Shown here one piece after another: positions 47,263 through 61,328 of a stretch of 64,000 bases of DNA. The first letter of the stretch is position 1. The number at the start of each line of letters is the position of its first letter. Where the stretch lies: positions 4,278,001 to 4,342,000 of the forward strand of contig JAGIQG010000017.1 in assembly GCA_024679065.1 (NCBI GenBank), given 5' to 3'. The notes beneath the pieces were generated by a model. It had not been told where the DNA came from and ran no database searches. It was given only the letters and a program-made list of their open reading frames with translations. Made by a program: the position numbers and the translations under genes. The DNA comes from Sphyrna mokarran (Eukaryota).

Positions 47263-48035
47263 TAGAACATGGAACATTACAGGCCCTTCGGCCCTCGATG
47301 TTGCGCCGGCCAGTGGCCTCTCTAACCTAAACTATTCCAATATCATCCATATGCCTATCCCCTGACCATTTGAATACCCCCAAAGTAGGCGAGTCCACAA
47401 CTGCTGCAGGCAGGGCATTCCACGCTCTCACCACCCTCTGTGTAAAGAACCTGCCTCTGACATCCGTCCTATAACTACCACCTCTTAATTTAAAGTTATG
47501 TCCCTCGTGTTGGTCATCACCATCCGAGGAAAAAGGCTCTCACTATCCACCCTATCCAGTCCTTTGATCATCTTATACGCCTCAATTAGGTCACCCCGTA
47601 ACCTTCTTCTCTCTAATGAAAATAACCTTAGGTCCCTCAGCCTTTCTCATAAGGCCTTCCCACCATACCAGGCAACATCCTGGTAAACCTCCTCTGCACC
47701 CTTTCCAATGCTTCCACATCTTTCTTACAATGCGGCGACCAGAACTGTACGCAATACTCCAAGTGCGGCTGCACCAGAGTTTTGTATAGTTGTAACATAA
47801 CCTCACGGCTCCTAAATTCAATCCCTCTACCAATAAAAGCTAACACACCGTACGCCTTCTTAACAACTTTATCAACCTGGGTGCCAACTTTCAAAGAGCT
47901 ATGTACTTGTATCCCAAGTTCCCTCTGCTCGACAACACTATTAAGGGTCCTTCCATTAGCCCTATATTTCATATGCCTGTTATTCCTACCAAAGTGAATC
48001 ACCTCACACATCTGTATTGAATTCCATTTGCCGAT
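47263..48035 (-). mobile_element. CR1 3' fragment nested in an older plus-strand CR1 (47000-50360)
   Basis: ORF 47637-48011 (HLEYCVQFWSP..ALERVQRRFTRMLPG). Confidence 0.9.
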
Positions 48036-48555
48036 TGGATTGGTCAGAGCGGTGGCAGATGGTATTTAATCCATAAGTATGAGGTGATGCATTTTGTAAG
48101 AAGAAACCAGATGAGCGATATTTAATGAATGGTAGGACATTGGGAAGCTCAGAGGAACAGCAGAATTATTGTATAATTATTCATAAATTCCCAAAGTTTA
48201 GCAAGGCTCGTGAATAGAATAATTAAGAAGAACATGCAACCTTTGCTTTTATCAATTGTGGCAAAGAGTATAAGAGCAAGATTATATTCATATTACACAG
48301 AGCATTGGTTAGACCACAGTTGGATATTATATGCAGTCTGGTCACTTCGCTCTAGGAAGGATGCGATAGCATGTGAGGGGATAGAGGAGATTCACCAGGA
48401 TTTGCCTGGGATGGAGCACTTGAGCTATAAGAGACTTGGATTGTTTTTCTCTAGAGCAGAGAAGGCTGAGGTGGAGTGGGGGCTGTGGGGGAACATGATT
48501 AAGGTATTGTAAGATTATGAGGGGTATGGACAGGGTGAGTAGCAAGCAGCTGTTT

Positions 48556-50090
48556 ACAAAGAACAAAGAACAAAGAACAACACAGCACGGGAAACAGGCC
48601 CTTCGGCCCAACGAGCCCGCGCCGCCATCCTAACGTCTTAATGACATATAGGAACCAATTTGTTACCCAATTAGCCTAAGAGCACATTTTTGGGATGTGG
48701 GAGGAAACCGGAGCACCCAGAGAAAACCCACACAACCACGGGGAGAACATGCAAACTCCCGCAGACACAGGCCCAAATCCATGTGTCTGCACAGCAACAG
48801 CGATAGTCTCTGAGCTGTCATGTTGCCCATCAGATGGTCCAGTTTAAGCATACACTAACGACTTGAAGCACTAGGCCACTCCTGAAGCAACATCCAAGAG
48901 CAGCTCTCGCACGACCTGCCGAATGCATGCCCTTGTTGGTCAACAAGGTGGACCAAACATCCTGTGGAAACAAATAGGATATTTAAACAGTCCTACTACA
49001 TCCCTCTATCTGCAAACCGCTCATGTGGCTGTCCAAGAGACTCTTAAACAACCCTAGCATGGCTGCTCCCACCACCTTACTCGGTAGTGCATTCCACACC
49101 CCCACTACCCTTTGTGTGAAAAACTGCCCTCTAATATTAAGTCTTATACATAGCCCCCCTCACCCTAAGGCCGTGACCCCTCGTTCTATCCTTTTCTAAT
49201 AGTGCAAAAAGCTTACCACCATTTACTCCATCTACACCCCTCATAATCTTATACACCTCTAATAGATCCCCTCTCAGCCGACGTCTTTCAAGGGAAAACA
49301 ACCCCAGTGCATTCAATCTTTCCTCGTAAGACAGCCTTTCCATACCAGGCAGCATCCTGGTAAATCTCCTCTGCACTCTCTCCAGGGCCTCCACATCCTT
49401 CCGGTAGTAAGGCGACCAGAACTGGATGCAGTACTCCAACGTTCTATACACTTGCAACATTAGACTCCTACTCTTGTATTCTATACCTCTTCCTATGAAG
49501 GCTAACATACCATACGCTTTCTTTATCACATTCTCCATCTGTACTCACACCTTTAGAGACTTGTGAACCTGCACCCCCAGGTCTCTCTGCATCTCTATAC
49601 TCCGGATAGTTTTACCTTTTATCCTATAATTCCCCACTACATTTTTTCGGCCAAAATGCATCACCTCACATTTATCCGGATTAAATTCCATTTGCCATCT
49701 ATCTGCCCAATCTACCAGCCTATGTCCTGTTGTATTGCCTGGCACTGCTCCTCAGTTCCTGCTAATCCAAGCATCTTAGTGTCATCAGCAAATTTGCTGA
49801 TCACACCACCTACCCCCTCTTCCAAGTCATTTATATAAACCACAAATAGAAGAGGTCCTAGTATTGAGCCCTATGGCACACCACTAGTGACTGACCTCCA
49901 GTTGGAAAAAGAGCCTTCCACTACTACCCGCTGTCTCCTCCTCCCAAGCCAGTTCTCAACCCATCTACGTACCTGGCCCTGTATCCCATGCGCCTTCACC
50001 TTTTCTATCAGTCTACCATGAGGAACCTTGTCAAACGCCTTACTGAAATCCACGTAGATGACATCAACGGCTTGTCCTTCATCAATCCTC
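48556..50090 (-). mobile_element. CR1 with SINE-like module in its 3' tail (same family as 4581-5341)
   Basis: RT fragments (ORFs 49871-50110, 49545-49745, 49137-49538) followed by the same spacer, SINE-like module and (aacaaag)n tail. Confidence 0.92.
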
Positions 50091-51559
50091 TGGGTTGAGG
50101 GGTCAATCATGAGGGGAAAGTTTTAGGCTAAGGGGCAGAAGAATTAGAAAAAAAATCACTTAGAGTGGTGGATTCTGGAATGTGCTGTCTGGGAAGGTAA
50201 TGGAGGCTGGAAACTTTACAACCATTAAAAAATATTTGGATGAGCACTTGAAATATCATAATATTCAAGGGTATGTGATGAGTGCAAGGAAATGGAATTG
50301 GCATGCCTTTGTGGTAGTTATCCTCAGTGCAGCAAGGACCTTTTCTGCACCATATGGCTCCTGGCCACTTGATTTGATTTAATTCAAATTCTTGTCAGGA
50401 TTTTGTCCAGCTTTGTAGTCTTTTTAAATTCCCTCCTCCGTAATCGCCTCTTTCGACAGAATGCAGTTAGCATTGTGAGACTGATGTTTATTATCCATTG
50501 GTTACTGAATGGGCGTGACACTGGCCCACTCACATTACAACACATTGGCAGAAGAGTCCAGTTTTTTTTTAAACTACCTTGTATCAGGACATTCCTGTTG
50601 AGATTGTGAATGTAATATGCACTTGGGTAAGAATCAGAAACGTAGGACCCAAGGAAAGCAGAACGACAGCTGACTGATAACATAGCAGTGGGCTGTAAGA
50701 CATGACAGGGCATTGCTAACTAACACTTCGTGGAAAGAAACATTGGAAACTGCAGAAATTTCTGATCAATAACCACACGGTCATCAGCTTTCTGCTGGGA
50801 GCAGTAAGAGCATTGTATCTATACTTTCCACAATTACTTCGTGAGGAGAGAAGAGCAGTTAGTGCAGCAGATAATTAGCCTTACACTGGAGGTTCAATCC
50901 CTGTAGTCATCAGGACAAAAGATTAAAGTATGATGTAGATCCAGAATGATTTCCTCTGAGGAGCTATAAAAAAGGGGCCATAATTTTCACCAAAAAAAAA
51001 GGCCAAACTTTAATTTTTGGAGAAAATCTGGAGCACATTCCCAAAACCCTTGGGACAATTACAGCTTTCAAAACTGAGATTCATAGTTTTCATAAAAATA
51101 TTAAGGGGTAAGGGGTGAACTATTTAAACCTCAAGTCTGTTCTGCTATGCAATAAGATTCATAGCTGATCATATTGCCACCTTTGTTCCAATTAACAAAA
51201 AATCTAAATTAACACACTGGTTATTTGTTGAGGAAGAATTACAAACTTATTCCACTGTTTGCTCGCAGAAGTGTTTCCTCACTTCACTGTTGAAAGGCAA
51301 CCTCTAAGTGTTAAACATTTTCTCCAGGACCTCTAGCATTTCATAATGAAATATATTAGAGACGTATTAGCAATCGCCCAAAGATTAGAATACAAGGGAG
51401 TGGTTAATGAACAATTTACAGTTTGATGGACTGTGAGGAGTGGAGTCTTGTAAGAATTACTGCTGGGGTCTCATCTATTAAGAATCTATATTAATGAGTG
51501 GATTAATAAATGGAAGGTTTGAGGAGAGGGTCGATGAGTTTAGGAGGGGGTAGTTTTTT

Positions 51560-52900
51560 ACATTCATTTTATGGGATGTGGGCATCACTGGCATTTATTG
51601 CTCATCCCTAGTTGCCACTGAAGTGATGGTGAGTACCTTCTTGAACCACTGCAGTCCATAAGTGTAGGTACACCCACAACAGTGTTAGTGAGCACGTTCC
51701 ACAATTTTTACCTTGTGACAGTGAAGGAGCAGAAATATAATTCCAATTCAGCATGATGAAGGACTTGGAGATGAACCTCCAAGTGGTGAAATTCTCAGAT
51801 ATCTGCTGCTCTTGTTCTTCAAGATGGTAGTGGTTGAGAGTTTGGAAAATGCTACCTAAGGAACATTGAGTTCCTGCAGTGCATCTCGTAGATGGTACAC
51901 ACAACTGCCATTGTTTGTCAGTGATGTACAGAGTGAATGTAACAATCAAGCAGGCTGTTTTGTTCTGGATGGTGTCACACTATTGCTAGTGTTGTTGGAG
52001 CAGCACTCATCCAAGCAAGTGGAGGGTATTCCATTACACTCCTGACTTATGCCTTGTAGTGCACAGGTTTTAGGGAATCAGGAAGTGAGCTACTCATGGC
52101 AGAATTCCCAGTCTTTGACCTGCACTGGTAGCCACTATATTTACATGGTTAGTCCAGTTCAGTTTCTGGTCAGGGTGGTAAAGGCAGCATTTGGCATGCT
52201 TAGTTTAATTGCTTAGAAGATTGAATACAGGAATTGGGATATCTTTTTGAAGTTATCCAAGACATTCATAAGGCCACACTTGGAATACTGTGTACAGTTC
52301 TGGTGACCCTATTGGTGAAAGGATATTATTAAACTAGAAAGAGTGCAGAAAAGATTTACTAGAATGCTACTGGGACTTGGCAGGATAAACCAGGCCTTTT
52401 CCCCCTGGAGTGTGGGAGGCTTAGGGGTGATCTTATAAAGATACTGATTAGCTGATCTGTGCCCCTTATTATTTTAAAGGTAGGGGAGTCTAGAGAGGCA
52501 AGAGATACAAAAGGGTTCAGAGAGACATTTTCTTTTTACTGAGGGTCTGGAACAAGCCACAGGTACAATTTTGTCTTTAAGTATTTAGAATTACATGGGT
52601 GAGATGGGTATAAAGGATATGGGCCAAATGCAGACAATTGGGACTAGCTTAATGGTTAAAAACAGCAGCATGGATAAGATGGGCTAATGGACCTGTTTCT
52701 ATGCTGTAAATCTCTATCAACATGCAGGGAGGGGTACTATTATAATAGGAAATACAGTCATGGTAGTGCCAGTTAATGCCAATATTCTCTCGTCAGAGAT
52801 CGTCATTACTTGGCCCCCATGTGGCACAAATGTTACTTGCCACTTGTCAGCCCAAGCCTGAATATTATCCAGGTTTTGCTGCATTTGGGACATAGGCTAC
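51560..52900. mobile_element. LINE 3' remnant (minus) interrupted by a CR1 fragment (52170-52720, plus)
   Basis: Homologous to remnants at 30380-30935, 24520-24860 and 14590-15300; nested HLEYCVQFW CR1 piece. Confidence 0.7.
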
Positions 52901-55900
52901 TTCAGTATCTGGGTTGCAAAGATACTAAATGTCCCCAATTGGAAGGAAGGTTATTGACAAAGCTGACCAGCATTTACTGGTCTCCCCTAGTTGCCTAAAT
53001 GCAGTTGAGTCAATCCATTCTGTAGTTCTAGAAGCAAATGTAAGGACAGATTTCCTTCCCTAAAGGATATTAGTGAACCAAATTGGTTTACAGTCCATCA
53101 GTTTGTGAATCCTCATTCTTTGTCTCACCTAGATTTCCCTTTACTGGTCCCACTGTCATCGTAATACTGCATTCTCAGTTGAGTTTGGTTTGAAACTAAT
53201 TGTAGATAGTTATTGAGTAGGTACGTGATTTGGAGATGCAGGAGGGGGACACTGTGAACTTGAGAAACTGGGTTCACTTTTGTTGCGCACAAGCTCCCAC
53301 CTTTCAGATGCACAGCCTAGTCTGGCACAACTTAATTTTTTTTTTGCACACCAATTTGACTAAGTACACAAAACATGGGAATATTTATAACTCTAGCTGA
53401 CACAAATCTCTACAATTATTTGATGAAAAAGCAGTAGCACCTTCCTCGCTCTGCATCAAATGGTCACATTTCACTCTGGTTTGGATGCACTCTGTTCTTG
53501 ACAGCACTACGCGAGCAGCTGAACTGCAGATCAACATCATGGAATAGACTCAGGCAGCTGAATTGCTTCCTTCTTTCCAAGATTTCAATGAGGAATTGAA
53601 GGTAGTGTGTGTCTCAGTGATACCTCAGTCAAATAAACCATTTCCCAACAGTGAGCCTGATGTCTGACCATGACAAGAATCACAACCACTGTCCAATTCT
53701 GGCCAGCATGGATTAATCAGACAGCAATCAGGCTTAAATATACCCCAGCTGTTATAAGACTGCCAAAATAGCCATATATTTACATCAGGATCTTGGCAAA
53801 TGCTTCACAATCAAGTACTGAGCTACAAACACAGGGAGCTATTTGAAAAGCAAAGTTCCACAAAAGTAATATAAATGATGACCTATGGCATTTAATTATG
53901 GGATTATACTGGTCAGGATACTGAAGACCTGGCCTGTTTTATTTCAAAACAGTATCAGGCAATCTTTTACATCTAGATGGGGTGGGTAAGAAATCATGGT
54001 TTAAAATGTCTCATTTGAAAAATGCAACCCTCAGACAGCATAAACCTTTGCACCATTGGGAGTATCAGCCTAGCTAAATATTCAATTAGGATTTAAACCA
54101 AGGACGTTATCAGTGAAAGCTCTCTCCATACACAAGGAATCGAATGGCAAAATGGTGAATGCAGAACAAGTGTTACCAAAATTAGAAAATCTGACACAGA
54201 GCAACATTCAAAGTACTAATAAACACAAGATTCAACTCAACATTATTTTCAGTAAATTTAGCTGGGCCAGGATCTCTTTCTCTACAAACCAGATCCAAAA
54301 ACACATCAGGAAAATGTTTCTACAGCCACTACACAGGAGGCATTTTGACACGACATGACTGTGCCAGCTTATTTGCAAAAGCCATTCAATTAATCCAACC
54401 ACCAATCTTTCTTTGCCTTTGATCACTGTTCCTTTAGTTCACATTTTTTGAAACAAAGAATGGGTTGAAAAATGGGAATAATTAAATTGAAAATTATTTA
54501 TGCGCTTTCTTAATTATTGGCAACAACTGCAGGGAACAGCCAGAGAAAAGTGGTACCATGGCACCCTCTAATGCTCAGTAGTACCATTAGCCAATGTTAA
54601 CTTGATCTGGCTATGAAATTAATTTTCTTCACGAAATATGACTTTATATGACTTTGCATGTTCTTCCCTCTCAACTATATCGTAGCTTCAAAAAGATTAC
54701 ATGGAGGACATCCAGAGTGTGAAAAACCACGAAGCACTACCCTAATTGAAAATATATGTCTTCCTTCATGATTGCTGGGTCAAATTCCTAGAATTCTCTC
54801 CCTAAAAGCACTATGGGTGTAGCTGGCACTTAAGAACATTGATTGTTCGTAGTTGCAATAAACATTGTTATGACAGAGTGAAGTAGCCATGCAGGAACAC
54901 CACCCTGTAAATAAAGTTCTATTATTTTTAATCCTCCGTGTTCCTAGTATCAATTCTCCAATACACAAACAGCACTTACACTTCAGGGACTTCAAGAACA
55001 CAATTCACCATGTTCTGAAGGGTAACTAAGTGGGTCGAGCCAGCAATACCCACATCCCATAAAAACCCAGAACACAACCTCCCACCAAATAGCAAGCACA
55101 CTTCTGCATCATCATATTAGTCCCACTGCAACCAGAAGGTGCTCACCGACGTATAGCAAGGTGTGACTATAAAAATAGTGCATACCATTCTGGCTGTAGT
55201 CATGTGACAGTTTTGCCCAGGAATGATTGCAATGAGATGATCAGTGCTAATGGAATATAAATACTTCCTACTAAATTAAAATGAGCAGCAATGTCACCTG
55301 CAGCAGCAAATTTCAATTTACACAGAAGACAATAACCAGATCATTGGGAAGATGGAAGCTCCACCATCTTCCCAATGGTGGAGCTTCCTAACACTGATGG
55401 TGAACTACAACCAGAGGAAATGGTGCTTTACTTGAACAATATCCCCAAAGTAGCAATTAACCAGGGCTATTTTAGCTGCTCAGGTTTCCACGTTCACTCA
55501 GATTATGCTTCTAAACATTTTCCCTCAGGGTCCCCACTCCAGGACTGGTTTAGTTTTCCATATTGACAACAAATCAGCATAACTGTTGAATTTCCTGCAA
55601 TTGGGATCGTGATTAAAAACAGACCAGAAGCATATGTTTAGGTATTAGTGTGTCAACACTGGAACAGTTAATACTGAGTAAACAAATCCTCCTAACTTAC
55701 ATCCTAACATTTTAAAAACAAAAGACACACAAAAAGATGATCTTTTAAAAAGATTTATATGTACACAGTTCTTTCCTTATCTGGGCTGTACTCCACTGAT
55801 GAGTGTCACAAGTTTTGGCAAGAGGACACCAGTTAACTTATCAAAAGCTAGCAGTACGTCTGTGCGTTTTGAAAATGGGCTGTGGAAAGTAAAGGAGTTT

Positions 55901-58900
55901 GGCTAAATTCCCATGTTACGGAAATAAACGAAGAAGGGTTGGCACCCGCAGAGTTTGGTATTACAATATTATGGTAATGATCAAAGTTAATATTCTTTAT
56001 AGTTTAAGACAGGCAATATGGACCTCCAGCGTAGTTTGTAAAACTGAAGCCATTAGTATGTTCATTGTATTGTTTTAAAGCTCAATGTTTGCACTAGCCA
56101 CGCCTCAGGTTTGGGAGGCTAGAATCTGTAACCATACCATTGGGTGTAAAGAAAGCTTTCCTTGTTTTACCTGATGAAAAATACTGAATCAGTTTAATCC
56201 TTGGAGGGGAAAGAACCACTGAAACCTGCCTTAAGCATCATGACCCAAGCTCACAACATCTACTGCCTAGGACAAGTGGCAGATGCAAGGGAACACTGTC
56301 ACCCGCACACCTCCCTCAATTGTATGTTATCCTGAATTGGAGTTCATCATTGTCACTGGGTGAAAATCCTGGAGTTTACATATTTTTGAGCACCTACATT
56401 GCATGTATTGCAGTGGTTCACTTTTTCAAAGGCAATTTGGTGAGGAAATGTTAAACAAGTTGCCACTTCTATTTTTAGCTAATGGGCAAAAAAACCCATG
56501 TGCCAGAATACACAGCAGGTTGATGTTTGCAACAGAAAATCTAACAGGCAGGCAACTCTATCCAATCTGCTAAGTATTTGGTTCCATTTCTTTCCTTCCT
56601 TCAAAAAAGAGTGGCTCATTAATTTCCATAGAGATTTGTGCGCACTGTCATGCTATCAGTTTCTGGAATCACAGACTCAGTCTTCCTATAGTACTGATTC
56701 TTCAGCACAGGCCACATATCTTCATGCAACTCCACTCTCCCCATACTGTTCCCATAGACTGGTTTCTAGCACTTGTGCAGAAAACAGCACTGCACAAAAA
56801 ACAGCACTGCACAACCAAAGGAAGCAAGGAAGCCAGAAGCTAGTCTCAAGTATGCAGCAAGCAAACCAAATACACAAACATGTCGCAGTGTAATCTGGGA
56901 GATAGTAAGGGGCAGGGCAGAAATGAGACAGAAAAGATGATTTAAAAAGGGTATTAACCTGGTTTTATAAAACATGGGTTTTCAAACAAGATTGATCTGT
57001 AGACCAAGGAGTCTGTAAAATCAGATTTCTATGTGGCTAGATCTGGGAATGTGACTGGAACCGACCTGGATAATTCTGTATTCCCTCTGTTCCCTGCATC
57101 ATTCACACAGAATCATATAATAGCAGCATTATTTCTGTCCAATTCTGTGTACATTACATAACAAAGTTCTTTTATTTGATTGGAGATGAATTGAGATGTG
57201 AGAGGTGGTAATGGGTGGGGCAGGGAGCAGGAGATCTGAAAACTTTGACCGCATTTGAGTGTTTTGCTTGGTTTGATGAAACCAGGCATGGTAAGAGAGT
57301 AAATAGAAAAGCTAGATTTGCACAGTGCATGCAGATGTAGACTCAAAAGTGTTCAGAAAAATATCCAGACAAGAATGAATGGAATTTAACATGAGTTGCA
57401 GCTAATTTTCACTCAATCCAGGATTTAAGAATCGAGTACAACAACTAAATGCAGAATTTAAAAAAAGCTATAACAGACACAGGTTGCGACAACAGATACT
57501 GGTTGCAGGAATAAACAGAAAATGCTGGAAAAACTCAGCAGATTTGACAGCATCTGTGGAGACAGAATCATAATACGATTTCTTCAGAGGAAGCAGAAGT
57601 AGAAGTTGCAGGAATGCGGATGTCAGTATAATGAAGATGGAAAAGCAAATTTGTTTCCTCCCAAATATCAGAAACATTACAAGCTATAAAATGAGTATCA
57701 TTGGCTTTGCTCAGTGCTTGAACCCATCTTCCTGATTCCCTCCTCTCTGCTGCAGACATTAGGGGATCTCATCTCATCCTTAGTGTCTCTCCCAAACTGA
57801 CAGCCAGAAGACATACCGTGGACACAGACACCAGAATCAAACGCAAGAGAATTGGTCATAAGGCAAATGCTTGCTGGTCCATGCAACAAACCAAGCCATG
57901 AAACCAGAAATCGCATGTTCATTGTTTCAATTCCTCTACAACAACTTCTGTAATGAAGCCTTCTTACTCAGCAGGGCAAGACGTACAGGAGGTTACTGAA
58001 ATTTACTGAGGGCTGTGGGTACAGGGGAGGAAGGTAAAGTCACATACCAGGACTGGGCTATTCTACCTATATTAAGGTGGTAATTGTAAGTCTACGTTGT
58101 TACTCATGAAATCAGTGTAGGTCTACTTCCAAGTCAGACTTCACGTGGTCTTTATACAAACAAATTCTCCCACCTCAATAAACGGCTTAGATGTACAGTC
58201 AGATCAGGTTCTGAAAGGTAGGCACTCAAAATATTAGTCTACCTTTCGCCTTTACAGATGTTGCCTAACCGGCTGTGTATTCCCAGCACTGGTGCACTTA
58301 TTTCAGATTTACATTTATAGTTTGATCCTTTATTCGGAAACAATTCTATAAAATGCTAAATTAGATTATAAGAATCTCTACATACAAGGTGCCTTTTTAA
58401 AAAGAAATCAATTTAAAGTCGAAAAGACCATTAGTTTTCACAAAACAATACTGCAGAAAGCAGACTCCAAGGTACCAGTTAGAAATCCCAGAATCTCATT
58501 CAAACTGAACTTGGCTCGTTTCATCACTGCAAGCCAAGATGTTCAAACTTTCCTCTGTGATGGAGGGTTAGTTATAAACAGCCTCATCATGACAATATGG
58601 TTTAAATGGCTGCACAGCAAGCAAACACTGTCAGTCTGTTACTCGTGTCAGAAGTGAGAGAAACCATTCTCCACCTTATCAACTTCCTGTTTAATAACAG
58701 AGAATTTCTGATGTGAGATGGGAAAAATATTAAAAGGGCAAAAACAGAAAATGGAAAAGGCATTGCTTTGTTACTGCATCAGTGGAGCTCTGCCCATCTC
58801 ACAAAGTGCCATCTAGATCAAGTTCACCTTATTATGCATTTCAAATAAAAAAAGATAAAATATAAAACATTATTAAACACAGGTTATTCAGCTTAAGGCT

Positions 58901-58961
58901 AAATTTAGATACATTTAATTATACACATCCTTTAATTACACTACGTAGCACAGGGCAACCG

Positions 58962-59098
58962 TTACAAGTTCCTTCCCAGAACCAACATCTCTTTCGGAAA
59001 TCCCTCCATTTTGGCCAACTCCAAGAAGCCCAGCTTTCTGTAGAATTCCAGCCCTCGTCGATCATTGGGTTTTACTTCACAGAATGCTCCTCGTGACC
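58962..59098 (-). CDS. OGA: O-GlcNAcase (OGA/MGEA5)-family gene, last coding exon; possibly a paralogue rather than the orthologue
   Basis: tcctttttttAG|GG TCA CGA; (G)[44 protein letters not shown] vs recalled human [45 protein letters not shown]. 137 nt, phase 1. Not in the ORF track; no upstream exon found within the window. Confidence 0.88.
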
Positions 59099-60231
59099 CT
59101 AAAAAAAGGAAATAAGTAGGAATTTAACTCATCGGAACCCATTGCAAACAACCTGCAATGGAATAGGCACTCCAATATACCCTGGATCCATCACAGGCCA
59201 TCTATTCTCTGTCATCTTTCAGCCACTTGACTGAAAAAGCTTTTGATCACTTATCCCAATATCTTACCTGGCTTGGTGTCAAATTTTGTTTGATAACTGC
59301 TCCTGTAAAGCACTCTGGCATGCTTAACTACATTAAAGGTGCTATAAAAATGTAATTTGCTGATGTTACGTAGAAACTACGTGACAGTGACATTTCCTTT
59401 CTACTGCTACCCAGTAACAAGAATGTGCCAATTCAACCAAGGCCCCGCTTCCCCATACCATCCCCACACATTCAGAATTTTGGGTGAAATTCAGAGTTTG
59501 CAACACAGCATAAGCATGTTGCTTGTTAGGACAGCACATTTCAACATGCCTGAAATATGGGCCTTGGGCCTAACTAATGTATCCTGCAACTGCAATTTAG
59601 GATTAAGAAGTTCAGTGTTACAAGATAGAATCAAGTATGTTTTAAAGCAATCCTAGGTCTTGATTAGACACATTGATGTTTGAATGCTTGCCATGACAAT
59701 TTATATTTATATAAACATTGTATAATTAACTTTTAAATTAGAAATATGTCAACCAATTAGAAATGCAAGTATCTAAATGCTATTTCCAGCAGTTGGAATC
59801 AAATAGAAGAAATGGAGACATAAAACAGGAAACAAAGCTACAGCAGTGCCTCAGTTACCAAATAAAAATGCACCCAAATCAAAATATACTATCTGTAATC
59901 ACAGGGTATTATTCTCTCTCTCATGTCTGAGTCAGAAAAAGATACACAGCACAGAAAAAGGCCCTTCAATCCCATCTCATCTGCACTCAAGACAAACCAC
60001 CCAAACTATTACAATGTCATTTTCCAGGACTTGGCCCAAAGCCTCGTAATGCCTTAGTTTTGCATCCTCAATCTCCTCTGCTCTAAAGATAATCTTAGAG
60101 TATCCAATCATCCTTCATAACTCAAACTCTCCAGCCAGGCAACATCCTGGTAAATCTGCTCTGCACCCTTTCCAGTGCTATCACATCACTCCCATATGGA
60201 TTCCAGAATTACTCACAATACAGAGTGGCAA

Positions 60232-60545
60232 ATTGGCACAGTGGTTAGCACTGCTGTCTCACACCGAGAGACACCTGGGTTCGATTCCAGCCTCAGGTTA
60301 TTGTCTGTGTGGAGTCTGCACATTCTTACCATATCAGTGTGAGTTTCTTCTAGGTGCTCTAGTTTCTTCCTATGGTCTAAAGATGTGTGTGTTAGGTGGA
60401 TTGGCCATGCTAAGTTGCTCTTTAGTGTCAGGGGCACTATTAATAGTACATGCATGGGGTTGTGAGAATAAGGCTCGGGTAGGATTGTGGTTGATGCAGA
60501 CTTGATGGGCCAAATGGCCTTGTCCTGCACTGTAGATTCTACATC
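60232..60545 (+). mobile_element. tRNA-derived SINE (HE1/V-SINE type)
   Basis: tggcacagtggttagcactgctg..gggttcgattcc..tgtgtggagtctgcac. Confidence 0.85.
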
Positions 60546-60884
60546 CATTTATGGTTGGTCAGAAATGACACCAGCCTTCTGGAAGGACTATTTCAGAGAC
60601 AGGGAGAAGGCAGCTAGCGAGGATTTGGGCAATGGCCTTCCTGGCAAAGGAGATCAGGGATATTCCTCGTTAGTTCCACAGTCCATTTTGTGTCCTCTCT
60701 GTGCCATCTTCCCTCAGCTGCTCTTCAGGACTCTCACAGGACAGTGATATCAATGTTGAAAGGCTGACTTCATGGACAACACAATTCTGATTGGTTGTTT
60801 TGTTCATTATCCATTCTAGGGTCTCACAATTACCAGGCAAGATATCACTGAAGATAGAAGTCACCTACCCCTCGAATGGAAGTC

Positions 60885-61328
60885 CTTTCTGGTTGCATCA
60901 CAGCTTGGTATGGTTCCTACTCTGCCCAAGTCCACAAAAAACAATAAAGGGTCGTGAATGAAGCCCAGTCCATCATGCAAACCAGCTTCCCATCCATTGA
61001 CTGTCTACACTTCCTGCTGCCTCAACAAAGCAGCCAGCATAATTAAAGATGCCATGCACCTCAGACATTCTCTCTTCACCTTCTTCTGTTGGGAAGAGAA
61101 TATAAAAGTCTGAGGTCACGTACCAACTGACTCAAAAACAGCACTTTCACTGCTGCCAAACTTGGATCTACCTTGCACTAAGTTGATCTTTCTCTACACC
61201 CTAATTATAAATATAACACTACATTTGGCACTCTTCTTCTCTATGAAGAGTTTGCTTTGTCTGTATAGCGAACAAGATACAATACTTTTCACTGTATACT
61301 AATACATATGACAATAAATCAAATCAAA
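60885..61328 (+). mobile_element. Rex1/Babar-like LINE 3' fragment
   Basis: Homologous to 10250-10710. Confidence 0.8.

Noticed and set aside
53125-53313. Possible BTRC last exon (an SRTY-containing frame on the minus strand)
   Set aside because: No WD40 end motif (ILIWDF) and no matching splice structure; chance resemblance.
57568-57759. ORF with PH-domain-like RWVQAL helix
   Set aside because: In-frame stop just upstream and no other PH features; probably 3' UTR or intergenic sequence of the OGA-like gene.
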